Shown here: positions 12,003 through 26,534 of the stretch, in pieces | How the letters are laid out: each line of letters starts with the position of its first letter | How positions within the stretch are numbered: the stretch's first letter is position 1 | DNA from: Eledone cirrhosa | Taxonomy: Eukaryota | Direction: 5' to 3' | Length of the DNA stretch: 64,000 nt | Assembly: GCA_964016885.1 (NCBI GenBank) | Contig: OZ024741.1 | Location: forward strand, 255,936,001-256,000,000 | Position numbers and translations under genes: made by a program | Notes under the pieces: model-generated | Database searches by the model: none | The model's input: the letters and a program-made list of their open reading frames with translations, nothing else | What the model was told of the DNA's origin: nothing

Positions 12003-15000
12003 TTTACGAGTGTTTCGACTTACGAGTGTTTCGACATACGAGTGTTTCGGCTTACGAGTGTTTTGATTTACGAGTGTTTTGACTTACGGGTGCTTCGACT
12101 TACGCGTGTTTCGACTTACGAGTGTTTCGACTTACGATTGTTTCGGCTTACGAGTGTTTCGACTTACGAGTGTTCTGACTACGAGTGTTCTGACTTACGG
12201 GTGTTCTGACTTACGAGTGTTCTGACTTACGAGTGTTTCGGCTTATGAGTGTTTCGACTTACGAGTGTTTCGACTTACGAGTGTTTCGGCGTATGAGTGT
12301 TTTGACTTACGAGTGTTTCGACTTACGAGTGTTTTGACTTACGGGTGTTTTGACATACGAGTGTTTCGATACGATTGTTCTGACTTACGAGTGTTTCCGC
12401 TTACGAGTGTTTCGGCTTACGAGTGTTTCGACTTACTAATGTTTTTACTTACGAGTGTTTCGACTTACGAGTGTTTCGACTTACGAGTGTTTCGACTTAC
12501 GAGTGTTTTGGCTTACGAATGTTTTGACTTACGGGTGTTTCGACTTACGAGTGTTTCGACTTATGAGTGTTTCGACTTACGAGTGTTTCGGCTTATGAGT
12601 GTTTCGACTTACGAGTGCTTCGGCTTACGAGTGTTTCGACTTACGAGTATTTCGGCTTACGAGTGTTTCGACGTACGAATGTTTTGGCTTACGAGTGTTT
12701 AGGCTTATGAGTGTTTCGGCTTACGAGTGTTTCGACTTACGAGTGTTTCGGCTTACGAGTGTTTCAGTGTTTCGGCTTACGTGTGTTTCGACTTACGAGT
12801 GTTTCGACTTACGACTGTTTCGGCTTACGAGTGTTTCGGCTTACGAGTGTTTCGGCTTACGAGTGTTTTGACTTACGATTGTTTGGCTTACGAGTGTTCT
12901 GACTTACGGGTGTTCTGACTTACGAGTGTTCCGACTTACGAGTGTTTCGGCTTATGAGGGTTTCGACTTACGAGTGCTTCGGCTTACGAGTGTTTCGACT
13001 TAAGAGTGTTTCGGCTTACGAGTGTTTCGACTTACGAGTGTTTTGACTTACGGTGTTTCGGCTTACGAGTGTTTCGACATACGAGTGTTTTGACGTACGG
13101 GTGTTTCGACTTACGGGTCTTTCGACTTAAGAGTTTTTCGACTTACGAGCGCTTCGACTTACGAGTGTTTCGACTTACGAGTGTTTCGGCGTATGAGTGT
13201 TTTGACTTACGAGTGTTTCGACTTACGAGTGTTTCGACTTACGAGTGTTTCGAATTACGAGTGTTTCGACTTACGAGTGTTTTGACTTACGAGTGTTTTG
13301 ACTTACGGTGTTTCTGCTTACGAGTGTTTCGACTTTCGAGTGTTATGACTTACGGGTGTTTTGACATACGAGTGTTTCGACTTACGAGTCTTACGGCTTA
13401 CGAGTGTTTCGACTTACTAATGTTTTTACTTACGAGTGTTTCGGCGTACGAGTGTTTCGACTTCCGAGTGTTTCGACTTACAGGTGTTTTGACTTACGGG
13501 TGTTTCGGCTTACGAGTGTTTTGACTTACGAGTGTTTTGACTTAAGGGTGTTTCGACTTACGAGTATTTTTGGCTTACGAGTGTTTCGACTTACGAGTGT
13601 TTTGACTTACGAGTGTTCTGATTTACGGATGTTTCGACACACGAGTGTTTCGAATTACGAGTGTTTCGACTTACGAGTGTTTTGACTTACGGGTGTTTTG
13701 ACATACGAGTGTTTCGATACGAGTGTTTCGACTTATGAGTGTTTCGACTTACGAGTGTTCTGACTTACGAGTGTTCTGACTTACGAGTGTTCTGATTTAC
13801 GGATGTTTCGACACACGAGTGTTTCGATACGAGTGTTTCGACTTACGAGTGTTTCGACTTACGAGTGTTCTGACTTACGAGTGTTCTGACTTACGAGTGT
13901 TCTGATTTACGGATGTTTCGACACACGAGTGTTTCGATACGAGTGTTTCGACTTACGAGTGTTTCGACTTACGAGTGTTCTGACTTACGAGTGTTCTGAC
14001 TTACGAGTGTTCCGACTTACGAGTGTTTCGGTTTACGAGTGTTTCGACATACGAGTGTTTTGACTTACGGGTGTTTCGACTTACGGGTGTTTCGACTTAC
14101 GAGTGTTTTGGCTTACGAGTGTTTCGACTTACTAATGTTTTTACTTACGAGTGTTTCGGTGTACGAATGTTTTGACTTAAGGATGTTTCGACTTACGAGT
14201 GTTTCGACTTACGAGTGTTTCGGCTTACGTGAGTTTCGACTTAAGATTGTTCTGATTTACGAGTGTTCTGACTTACGAGTGTTTCGGCTTATGAGTGTTT
14301 CGACTTACGAGTGTTTCGGCTTACGAGTGTTTCGACTTATGGGTGTTTCGACTTACGAGTGTTTTTACTTACGGTGTTTCGGCTTACGAGTGTTTCGACA
14401 TACGAGTGTTTTGACTTACGGGTGTTTCGGCTTACGAGTGTTTCGACTTACGAGTGTTTTGACTTACGGGTGTTTCGACTTACGAGTATTTTTGGCTTAC
14501 GAGTGTTTCGACTTACGGTGTTTCGGCTTACGAGTGTTTCGACTTACGAGTGTTTTGACTTACGGGTGTTTTGACATACGAGTATTTCGATACGAGTGTT
14601 CTGACTTACGAGTGTTCTGACTTACGAGTGTTTTGACTTACGAGTGTTCTGACTTACGAGTGTTCCGACTTACGAGTGTTCCGACTTACGAGTGTTTCGG
14701 CTTACGAGTGTTTACGGCTTACGAGTGTTTCGACTTCCGAGTGTTTTGACTTACGGTGTTTCGGCTTACGAGTGATTCGACTTACGAGTGTTTTGACTTA
14801 CGGGTGATTTGACTTACGGGTGTTGTGAATTACGAGCGTTGCGATTTACTAGTGTTTTGACTTACGGTGTTTCGGCTTACGAGTGATTCGACTTACGAAT
14901 GTTTTGACTTACGGCTGTTTCGGCTTGCGAGTGTTTCGACTTACGAGTGTTTCGGCTTATGGGTGTTTCGACTTACTAATGTTTTTACTTACGAGTGTTT

Positions 15001-17806
15001 CGGCGTACGAGTATTTTGACTTACGAGTGTTTCGACTTACGAGTGTTTCGACTGACGAGTGTTTCGGCTTACGTGAGTTTCGACTTAAGAGTGTTCTGAT
15101 TTACGAGTGTTCTGACTTGCGGGTGTTCTGATTTACGAGTGTTCCGACTTACGAGTGTTTCGGCTTATTAGTGTTTCGACTTACGAGTGTTTCGGCTTAC
15201 GAGTGTTTCGACTTATGGGTGTTTCGACTTACGAGTGTTTTTACTTACGGTGTTTCGGCTTACGAGTGTTTCGACATACGAGTGTTTTGACTTACGGGTG
15301 TTTCGACTTACGAGTGTTTTGACTTACGAATGTTTTGACTTACGGGTGTTTCGGCTTACGAGTGTTTCGACTTACGAGTGTTTCGGCTTACGAGTGTTTC
15401 GACTTACTAATGTTCTTACTTACGAATGTTTCGGCGTACGAGAGTTTTGACTTACGAGTGTTTCGACTTACGAGTGTTTCGACTTACGAGTGTTTTAACT
15501 TACGAATGTTTTGACTTACGGGTGTTTCGGCTTACGAGTGTTTCGACTTACGAGTCTTTCGGCTTACGAGTGTTTCGACTTACTAATGTTTTTACTTACG
15601 AGTGTTTCGGCGTAGAGTGTTTCGACTTACGAGTGTTTCGACTTACGGGTGTTTTGACTTACGGGTGTTTCGGCTTACGAGTGTTTTGACTTACGAGTGT
15701 TTTGACTTAAGGGTGTTTCGACTTACGAGTATTTTTGGCTTACGAGTGTTTCGACTTACGAGTGTTTTGACTTACGAGTGTTCTGATTTACGGATGTTTC
15801 GACATACGAGTGTTTCGACTTACGAGTGTTTCGACTTATGACTGTTTCGACTTACGAGTGTTTCGGCTTATGACTGTTTCGACTTACGAGTGCTTCGGCT
15901 CACGAGTGTTTCGACTTACGAGTATTTCGGCTTTCGAGTGTTTCGACGTAAGAATGTTTTGGCTTACGAGTGTTTCGGCTTATGAGTGTTTCGGCTTACG
16001 AGTGTTTCGACTTACGAGTGTTTCGGCTTACGAGTGTTTCAGTGTTTCGGCTTACGTGTGTTTCGACTTACGAGTGTTTCGACTTACGACTGTTTCGGCT
16101 TACGAGTGTTTCGGCTTACGAGTGTTTCGACTTACGAGTGTTTTGACTTACGAATGTTTTGACTTACGGGTGTTTCGGCTTACGAGTGTTTCGACTTACG
16201 AGTCTTTCGGCTTACGAGTGTTTCGACTTACTAATGTTTTTACTTACGAGTGTTTCGGCGTACGAGTGTTTCGACTTACGAGTGTTTCGACTTACGGGTG
16301 TTTTGACTTACGGGTGTTTCGGCTTACGAGTGTTTTGACTTACGAGTGTTTTGACTTAAGGGTGTTTCGACTTACGAGTATTTTTGGCTTACGAGTGTTT
16401 CGACTTACGAGTGTTTTGACTTACGAGTGTTCTGATTTACGGATGTTTCGACATACGAGTGTTTCGACTTACGAGTGTTTCGACTTACTAATGTTCTTAC
16501 TTACGAGTGTTTCGGCGTACGAGTGTTTCGACTTACTAATGTTTTTACTTACGAGTGTTTCGGCGTACGAGTGTTTCGACTTACGAGTGTTTCGACTTAC
16601 GGGTGTTTTGACTTACGGGTGTTTCGGCTTACGAGTGTTTTGACTTACGAGTGTTTTGACTTAAGGTTGTTTCGACTGACGAGTATTTTTGGCTTACGAG
16701 TGTTTCGACTTACGAGTTTTTGACTTACGAGTGTTCTGATTTACGGATGTTTCGACATACGAGTGTTTCGACTTACGAGTGTTTCGACTTATGAGTGTTT
16801 CGACTTACGAGTGTTTCGGCTTATGAGTGTTTCGACTTACGAGTGCTTCGGCTTACGAGTGTTTCGACTTACGAGTATTTCGGCTTACGAGTGTTTCGAC
16901 GTACGAATGTTTTGGCTTACGAGTGTTTCGGCTTATGAGTGTTTCGGCTTACGAGTGTTTCGACTTACGAGTGTTTCGGCTTACGAGTGTTTCAGTGTTT
17001 CGGCTTACGTGTGTTTCGACTTACGATTGTTTCGACTTACGACTGTTTCGGCTTACGAGTGTTTCGGCTTGCGAGTGTTTTAGGCTTACGAGTGTTTTGA
17101 CTTACGAGTGTTTTGACTTACGATTGTTTGGCTTACGAGTGTTCTGACTTACATTTGTTCTGACTTTCGAATGTTCCGACATACGAGTGTTTCGGCTTAT
17201 GAGGGTTTCGACATACGAGTGCTTCGGCTTACGAGTGTTTCGACTTACGAGTGTTTCGGCTTACGAGTGTTTCGACTTACGAGTGTTTCGACTTACGAGT
17301 GTTTTGACTTACGGTGTTTCGGCTTACGAGTGTTTCGACATACGAGTGTTTTGACGTACGGGTGTTTCGACTTACGGGTCTTTCGACTTAAGAGTGTTTC
17401 GACTTACGAGCGCTTCGACTTACGAGTGTTTCGACTTACGAGTGTTTCGGCGTATGAGTGTTTTGACTTACGAGTGTTTCGACTTACGAGTGTTTCGACT
17501 TACGAGTGTTTCGAATTACGAGTGTTTCGACTTACGAGTGTTTTGACTTACGAGTGTTTTGACTTACGGTGTTTCTGCTTACGAGTGTTTCGACTTACGA
17601 GTGTTATGACTTACGGGTGTTTTGACATACGAGTGTTTCGATAGGAGTGTTCTGACTTACGAGTGTTCTGACTTACGAGTGTTCTGACTTACGAGTGTTC
17701 TGACTTACGAGTGTTCTGACTTACGAGTGTTCTGACTTACGAGTGTTCCGACTTTACGAGTGTTTCGGCTCACGAGTGTTTCGGCTTACGAGTGTTTCGA
17801 CTTACG

Positions 17807-17883
17807 AAAATAACAAATAGACGCGGTTTCAAATCTCTATGCTTTTCAAATTCATTACATTAATCTTTATTTATACGTTTCGC
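17807..17883. repeat. 77-bp AT-rich interspersed element, copy 6
   Basis: Matches consensus; 5881 bp after copy 5. Confidence 0.95.
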
Positions 17884-20800
17884 TTTACGAGTGTTTCGAC
17901 TTACGAGTGTTTCGACATACGAGTGTTTCGGCTTACGAGTGTTTTGATTTACGAGTGTTTTGACTTACGGGTGCTTCGACTTACGCGTGTTTCGACTTAC
18001 GAGTGTTTCGACTTACGATTGTTTCGGCTTACGAGTGTTTCGACTTACGAGTGTTCTGACTACGAGTGTTCTGACTTACGGGTGTTCTGACTTACGAGTG
18101 TTCTGACTTACGAGTGTTTCGGCTTATGAGTGTTTCGACTTACGAGTGTTTCGACTTACGAGTGTTTCGGCGTATGAGTGTTTTGACTTACGAGTGTTTC
18201 GACTTACGAGTGTTTTGACTTACGGGTGTTTTGACATACGAGTGTTTCGATACGATTGTTCTGACTTACGAGTGTTTCCGCTTACGAGTGTTTCGGCTTA
18301 CGAGTGTTTCGACTTACTAATGTTTTTACTTACGAGTGTTTCGACTTACGAGTGTTTCGACTTACGAGTGTTTCGACTTACGAGTGTTTTGGCTTACGAA
18401 TGTTTTGACTTACGGGTGTTTCGACTTACGAGTGTTTCGACTTATGAGTGTTTCGACTTACGAGTGTTTCGGCTTATGAGTGTTTCGACTTACGAGTGCT
18501 TCGGCTTACGAGTGTTTCGACTTACGAGTATTTCGGCTTACGAGTGTTTCGACGTACGAATGTTTTGGCTTACGAGTGTTTAGGCTTATGAGTGTTTCGG
18601 CTTACGAGTGTTTCGACTTACGAGTGTTTCGGCTTACGAGTGTTTCAGTGTTTCGGCTTACGTGTGTTTCGACTTACGAGTGTTTCGACTTACGACTGTT
18701 TCGGCTTACGAGTGTTTCGGCTTACGAGTGTTTCGGCTTACGAGTGTTTTGACTTACGATTGTTTGGCTTACGAGTGTTCTGACTTACGGGTGTTCTGAC
18801 TTACGAGTGTTCCGACTTACGAGTGTTTCGGCTTATGAGGGTTTCGACTTACGAGTGCTTCGGCTTACGAGTGTTTCGACTTAAGAGTGTTTCGGCTTAC
18901 GAGTGTTTCGACTTACGAGTGTTTTGACTTACGGTGTTTCGGCTTACGAGTGTTTCGACATACGAGTGTTTTGACGTACGGGTGTTTCGACTTACGGGTC
19001 TTTCGACTTAAGAGTTTTTCGACTTACGAGCGCTTCGACTTACGAGTGTTTCGACTTACGAGTGTTTCGGCGTATGAGTGTTTTGACTTACGAGTGTTTC
19101 GACTTACGAGTGTTTCGACTTACGAGTGTTTCGAATTACGAGTGTTTCGACTTACGAGTGTTTTGACTTACGAGTGTTTTGACTTACGGTGTTTCTGCTT
19201 ACGAGTGTTTCGACTTTCGAGTGTTATGACTTACGGGTGTTTTGACATACGAGTGTTTCGACTTACGAGTCTTACGGCTTACGAGTGTTTCGACTTACTA
19301 ATGTTTTTACTTACGAGTGTTTCGGCGTACGAGTGTTTCGACTTCCGAGTGTTTCGACTTACAGGTGTTTTGACTTACGGGTGTTTCGGCTTACGAGTGT
19401 TTTGACTTACGAGTGTTTTGACTTAAGGGTGTTTCGACTTACGAGTATTTTTGGCTTACGAGTGTTTCGACTTACGAGTGTTTTGACTTACGAGTGTTCT
19501 GATTTACGGATGTTTCGACACACGAGTGTTTCGAATTACGAGTGTTTCGACTTACGAGTGTTTTGACTTACGGGTGTTTTGACATACGAGTGTTTCGATA
19601 CGAGTGTTTCGACTTATGAGTGTTTCGACTTACGAGTGTTCTGACTTACGAGTGTTCTGACTTACGAGTGTTCTGATTTACGGATGTTTCGACACACGAG
19701 TGTTTCGATACGAGTGTTTCGACTTACGAGTGTTTCGACTTACGAGTGTTCTGACTTACGAGTGTTCTGACTTACGAGTGTTCTGATTTACGGATGTTTC
19801 GACACACGAGTGTTTCGATACGAGTGTTTCGACTTACGAGTGTTTCGACTTACGAGTGTTCTGACTTACGAGTGTTCTGACTTACGAGTGTTCCGACTTA
19901 CGAGTGTTTCGGTTTACGAGTGTTTCGACATACGAGTGTTTTGACTTACGGGTGTTTCGACTTACGGGTGTTTCGACTTACGAGTGTTTTGGCTTACGAG
20001 TGTTTCGACTTACTAATGTTTTTACTTACGAGTGTTTCGGTGTACGAATGTTTTGACTTAAGGATGTTTCGACTTACGAGTGTTTCGACTTACGAGTGTT
20101 TCGGCTTACGTGAGTTTCGACTTAAGATTGTTCTGATTTACGAGTGTTCTGACTTACGAGTGTTTCGGCTTATGAGTGTTTCGACTTACGAGTGTTTCGG
20201 CTTACGAGTGTTTCGACTTATGGGTGTTTCGACTTACGAGTGTTTTTACTTACGGTGTTTCGGCTTACGAGTGTTTCGACATACGAGTGTTTTGACTTAC
20301 GGGTGTTTCGGCTTACGAGTGTTTCGACTTACGAGTGTTTTGACTTACGGGTGTTTCGACTTACGAGTATTTTTGGCTTACGAGTGTTTCGACTTACGGT
20401 GTTTCGGCTTACGAGTGTTTCGACTTACGAGTGTTTTGACTTACGGGTGTTTTGACATACGAGTATTTCGATACGAGTGTTCTGACTTACGAGTGTTCTG
20501 ACTTACGAGTGTTTTGACTTACGAGTGTTCTGACTTACGAGTGTTCCGACTTACGAGTGTTCCGACTTACGAGTGTTTCGGCTTACGAGTGTTTACGGCT
20601 TACGAGTGTTTCGACTTCCGAGTGTTTTGACTTACGGTGTTTCGGCTTACGAGTGATTCGACTTACGAGTGTTTTGACTTACGGGTGATTTGACTTACGG
20701 GTGTTGTGAATTACGAGCGTTGCGATTTACTAGTGTTTTGACTTACGGTGTTTCGGCTTACGAGTGATTCGACTTACGAATGTTTTGACTTACGGCTGTT

Positions 20801-23800
20801 TCGGCTTGCGAGTGTTTCGACTTACGAGTGTTTCGGCTTATGGGTGTTTCGACTTACTAATGTTTTTACTTACGAGTGTTTCGGCGTACGAGTATTTTGA
20901 CTTACGAGTGTTTCGACTTACGAGTGTTTCGACTGACGAGTGTTTCGGCTTACGTGAGTTTCGACTTAAGAGTGTTCTGATTTACGAGTGTTCTGACTTG
21001 CGGGTGTTCTGATTTACGAGTGTTCCGACTTACGAGTGTTTCGGCTTATTAGTGTTTCGACTTACGAGTGTTTCGGCTTACGAGTGTTTCGACTTATGGG
21101 TGTTTCGACTTACGAGTGTTTTTACTTACGGTGTTTCGGCTTACGAGTGTTTCGACATACGAGTGTTTTGACTTACGGGTGTTTCGACTTACGAGTGTTT
21201 TGACTTACGAATGTTTTGACTTACGGGTGTTTCGGCTTACGAGTGTTTCGACTTACGAGTGTTTCGGCTTACGAGTGTTTCGACTTACTAATGTTCTTAC
21301 TTACGAATGTTTCGGCGTACGAGAGTTTTGACTTACGAGTGTTTCGACTTACGAGTGTTTCGACTTACGAGTGTTTTAACTTACGAATGTTTTGACTTAC
21401 GGGTGTTTCGGCTTACGAGTGTTTCGACTTACGAGTCTTTCGGCTTACGAGTGTTTCGACTTACTAATGTTTTTACTTACGAGTGTTTCGGCGTAGAGTG
21501 TTTCGACTTACGAGTGTTTCGACTTACGGGTGTTTTGACTTACGGGTGTTTCGGCTTACGAGTGTTTTGACTTACGAGTGTTTTGACTTAAGGGTGTTTC
21601 GACTTACGAGTATTTTTGGCTTACGAGTGTTTCGACTTACGAGTGTTTTGACTTACGAGTGTTCTGATTTACGGATGTTTCGACATACGAGTGTTTCGAC
21701 TTACGAGTGTTTCGACTTATGACTGTTTCGACTTACGAGTGTTTCGGCTTATGACTGTTTCGACTTACGAGTGCTTCGGCTCACGAGTGTTTCGACTTAC
21801 GAGTATTTCGGCTTTCGAGTGTTTCGACGTAAGAATGTTTTGGCTTACGAGTGTTTCGGCTTATGAGTGTTTCGGCTTACGAGTGTTTCGACTTACGAGT
21901 GTTTCGGCTTACGAGTGTTTCAGTGTTTCGGCTTACGTGTGTTTCGACTTACGAGTGTTTCGACTTACGACTGTTTCGGCTTACGAGTGTTTCGGCTTAC
22001 GAGTGTTTCGACTTACGAGTGTTTTGACTTACGAATGTTTTGACTTACGGGTGTTTCGGCTTACGAGTGTTTCGACTTACGAGTCTTTCGGCTTACGAGT
22101 GTTTCGACTTACTAATGTTTTTACTTACGAGTGTTTCGGCGTACGAGTGTTTCGACTTACGAGTGTTTCGACTTACGGGTGTTTTGACTTACGGGTGTTT
22201 CGGCTTACGAGTGTTTTGACTTACGAGTGTTTTGACTTAAGGGTGTTTCGACTTACGAGTATTTTTGGCTTACGAGTGTTTCGACTTACGAGTGTTTTGA
22301 CTTACGAGTGTTCTGATTTACGGATGTTTCGACATACGAGTGTTTCGACTTACGAGTGTTTCGACTTACTAATGTTCTTACTTACGAGTGTTTCGGCGTA
22401 CGAGTGTTTCGACTTACTAATGTTTTTACTTACGAGTGTTTCGGCGTACGAGTGTTTCGACTTACGAGTGTTTCGACTTACGGGTGTTTTGACTTACGGG
22501 TGTTTCGGCTTACGAGTGTTTTGACTTACGAGTGTTTTGACTTAAGGTTGTTTCGACTGACGAGTATTTTTGGCTTACGAGTGTTTCGACTTACGAGTTT
22601 TTGACTTACGAGTGTTCTGATTTACGGATGTTTCGACATACGAGTGTTTCGACTTACGAGTGTTTCGACTTATGAGTGTTTCGACTTACGAGTGTTTCGG
22701 CTTATGAGTGTTTCGACTTACGAGTGCTTCGGCTTACGAGTGTTTCGACTTACGAGTATTTCGGCTTACGAGTGTTTCGACGTACGAATGTTTTGGCTTA
22801 CGAGTGTTTCGGCTTATGAGTGTTTCGGCTTACGAGTGTTTCGACTTACGAGTGTTTCGGCTTACGAGTGTTTCAGTGTTTCGGCTTACGTGTGTTTCGA
22901 CTTACGATTGTTTCGACTTACGACTGTTTCGGCTTACGAGTGTTTCGGCTTGCGAGTGTTTTAGGCTTACGAGTGTTTTGACTTACGAGTGTTTTGACTT
23001 ACGATTGTTTGGCTTACGAGTGTTCTGACTTACATTTGTTCTGACTTTCGAATGTTCCGACATACGAGTGTTTCGGCTTATGAGGGTTTCGACATACGAG
23101 TGCTTCGGCTTACGAGTGTTTCGACTTACGAGTGTTTCGGCTTACGAGTGTTTCGACTTACGAGTGTTTCGACTTACGAGTGTTTTGACTTACGGTGTTT
23201 CGGCTTACGAGTGTTTCGACATACGAGTGTTTTGACGTACGGGTGTTTCGACTTACGGGTCTTTCGACTTAAGAGTGTTTCGACTTACGAGCGCTTCGAC
23301 TTACGAGTGTTTCGACTTACGAGTGTTTCGGCGTATGAGTGTTTTGACTTACGAGTGTTTCGACTTACGAGTGTTTCGAATTACGAGTGTTTCGACTTAC
23401 GAGTGTTTTGACTTACGAGTGGTTTGACTTCGGTGTTTCTGCTTACGAGTGTTTCGACTTACGAGTGATATGACTTACGGGTGTTTTCACATACGAGTGT
23501 TTCGACTTACGAGTGTTTTGACTTACGGGTGTTTTGACATACGAGTGTTTCGATACGAGTGTTCTGACTTACGAGTGTTCTGACTTACGAGTGTTCTGAC
23601 TTACGAGTGTTTCGACATACGAGTGTTTTGACTTACGGGTGTTTTGACTTACGAGTGTTTTCACTTACGAATGTTTTGACTTACGGGTGTTTCGGCTTAC
23701 GAGTGTTTCGACTTACGAGTGTTTCGGCTTACGAGTGTTTCGACTTACTAATATTTTTACTTACGAGTGTTTCGGCGTACGAGAGTTTTGACTTACGCGT

Positions 23801-24801
23801 GTTTCGACTTACGAGTGTTTCGACTTACGAGTATTTTGACTTACGAATGTTTTGACTTACGGGTGTTTCGGCTTACGAGTGTTTCGACTTACGAGTCTTT
23901 CGGCTTACGAGTGTTTCGACTTACTAATGTTTTTACTTACGAGTGTTTCGGCGTACGAGTGTTTCGACTTCCGAGTGTTTCGACTTACGGGTGTTTTGAC
24001 TGACGGGTGTATCGGCTTACGAGTGTTTTGACTTACGAGTGTTTTGACTTAAGGGTGTTTCGACTTACGAGTATTTTTGGCTTACGAGTGTTTCGACTTA
24101 CGAGTGTTTTGACTTACGAGTGTTCTGATTTACGGATGTTTCGACATACGAGTGTTTCGACTTACGAGTGTTTCGACTTATGAGTGTTTCGACTTACGAG
24201 TGTTTCGACTTACGAGTGTTTCGGCTTGTGATTGTTTCGACTTACGAGTGTTTTGACTTACGGTGTTTCAGCTTACGAGTGTTTCGACTTACGAGTGTTT
24301 TGACTTACGGGTGTTTTGACATACGAGTGTTTCGATACGAGTGTTCTGACTTACGAGTGTTCTGACTTAAGAGTGTTTTGACTTACGAGTGTTCTGACTT
24401 ACGAGTGTTCCGACTTACGAGTGTTCCGACTTACGAGTGTTTCGGCTTACGAGTGTTTTGACTTAAGGGTGTTTCGACTTACGAGTGTTTCGATACGAGT
24501 GTTTCGACTTACGAGTGTTTCGGCTTACGAGTGTTTCGACTTGCGAGTGTTTCGACTTACGAGTGTTCCGACTTACGGGTGTTTCGACTTACGAGTGTTT
24601 TGGCTTACGGTGTTTCGACTTACGAGTGTTTCGAGTTAAGAGTGTTTTGACTTACGAGTGTTCTGATTTACGAGTGTTCTGACTTACGAGTGTTCTGACT
24701 TACGAGTGTTCTGACTTACGAGTGTTCTGACTTACGAGTGTTCCGACTTTACGAGTGTTTCGGCTCACGAATGTTTCGGCTTACGAGTGTTTCGACTTAC
24801 G

Positions 24802-24878
24802 AAAATAACAAATAGACGCGGTTTCAAATCTCTATGCTTTTCAAATTCATTACATTAATCTTTATTTATACGTTTCGC
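24802..24878. repeat. 77-bp AT-rich interspersed element, copy 7
   Basis: Matches consensus; internal ATG at 24834. Confidence 0.95.
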
Positions 24879-26457
24879 TTTACGAGTGTTTCGACTTACG
24901 AGTGTTTCGACATACGAGTGTTTCGACTTACGAATGTTTTTGCTTACGGGTGTTTCGACTTACGAATGTTTTTGCTTACGAGTGTTTCGGTTTACGAGTG
25001 TTCCGACTTACGAGTGTTCCGACTTACGAGTGTTTCGGCTTACGAGTGTTTCCGACTTACGAGTGTTTCAACTTACGAGTGTTCTGACTTACGAGTGTTC
25101 TGACTTACGGATGTTTCGACACACGAGTGTTTCGAATTACGAGTGTTTCGACTTACGAGTGTTTTGACTTACGGGTGTTTTGACATACGAGTGTTTCGAT
25201 ACGAGTGTTTCGACTTACGAGTGTTCTGACTTACGAGTGTTCTGATTTACGGATGTTTCGACATACGAGTGTTTCGACTTACGAGTGTTTCGACTTATGA
25301 GTGTTTCGACTTACGAGTGTTTCGGCTTACGAGTGTTTCGACTTACGAGTGTTTTGACTTACGGTGTTTCGGCTTACGAGTGTTTCGACTTACGAGTGTT
25401 TTGACTTACGGGTGTTTTGACATACGAGTGTTTCGATACGAGTGTTCTGACTTACGAGTGTTCTGACTTACGAGTGTTCTGACTTACGAGTGTTCTGACT
25501 TACGAGTGTTCTGATTTACGGATGTTTCGACATACGAGTGTTTCGACTTACGAGTGTTTCGACTTATGAGTGTTTCGACTTACGAGTGTTTCGGCTTACG
25601 AGTGTTTCGACTTACGAGTGTTTTGACTTACGGTGTTTCGGCTTACGAGTGTTTCGACTTACGAGTGTTTTGACTTACGGGTGTTTTGACATACGAGTGT
25701 TTCGATACGAGTGTTCTGACTTACGAGTGTTCTGACTTACGAGTGTTTTGACTTACGAGTGTTCTGACTTACGGGTGTTTCGACTTACGAGTATTTTTGG
25801 CTTACGAGTGTTTCGACTTACGAGTGTTTTGACTTACGAGTGTTCTGATTTACGGATGTTTCGACATACGAGTGTTTCGACTTACGAATGTTTCGACTTA
25901 TGAGTGTTTCGACTTACGATGTTTCGGCTTACGAGTGTTTCGACTTACGAGTGTTTTGACTTACGGGTGTTTTGACATACGAGTGTTTCGATACGAGTGT
26001 TCTGACTTACGAGTGTTCTGACTTACGAGTGTTTTGACTTACGAGTGTTCTGACTTACGAGTGTTCCGACTTACGAGTGTTCCGACTTACGAGTGTTTCG
26101 GCTTACGAGTGTTTTGACTTAAGGGTGTTTCGACTTACGAGTGTTTCGATACGAGTGTTTCGACTTACGAGTGTTTCGGCTTACGAGTGTTTCGACTTGC
26201 GAGTGTTTCGACTTACGAGTGTTCCGACTTACGGGTGTTTCGACTTACGAGTGTTTTGGCTTACGGTGTTTCGACTTACGAGTGTTTCGAGTTAAGAGTG
26301 TTTTGACTTACGAGTGTTCTGATTTACGAGTGTTCTGACTTACGAGTGTTCTGACTTACGAGTGTTCTGACTTACGAGTGTTCTGACTTACGAGTGTTCC
26401 GACTTTACGAGTGTTTCGGCTCACGAATGTTTCGGCTTACGAGTGTTTCGACTTACG

Positions 26458-26534
26458 AAAATAACAAATAGACGCGGTTTCAAATCTCTATGCTTTTCAA
26501 ATTCATTACATTAATCTTTATTTATACGTTTCGC
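26458..26534. repeat. 77-bp AT-rich interspersed element, copy 8
   Basis: Matches consensus; 1656 bp after copy 7. Confidence 0.95.

Larger units (their letters stand above)
11396..23378 (+). repeat. Near-perfect tandem duplication, period 5881 bp (about 2 copies)
   Basis: ORF-track entries recur with identical translation at +5881 (11958/17839, 13006/18887, 14039/19920, 15810/21691, 16827/22708). Rare variants such as GACTTACATTTGTTC and GAGCGTTGCGA are shared. Confidence 0.93.
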
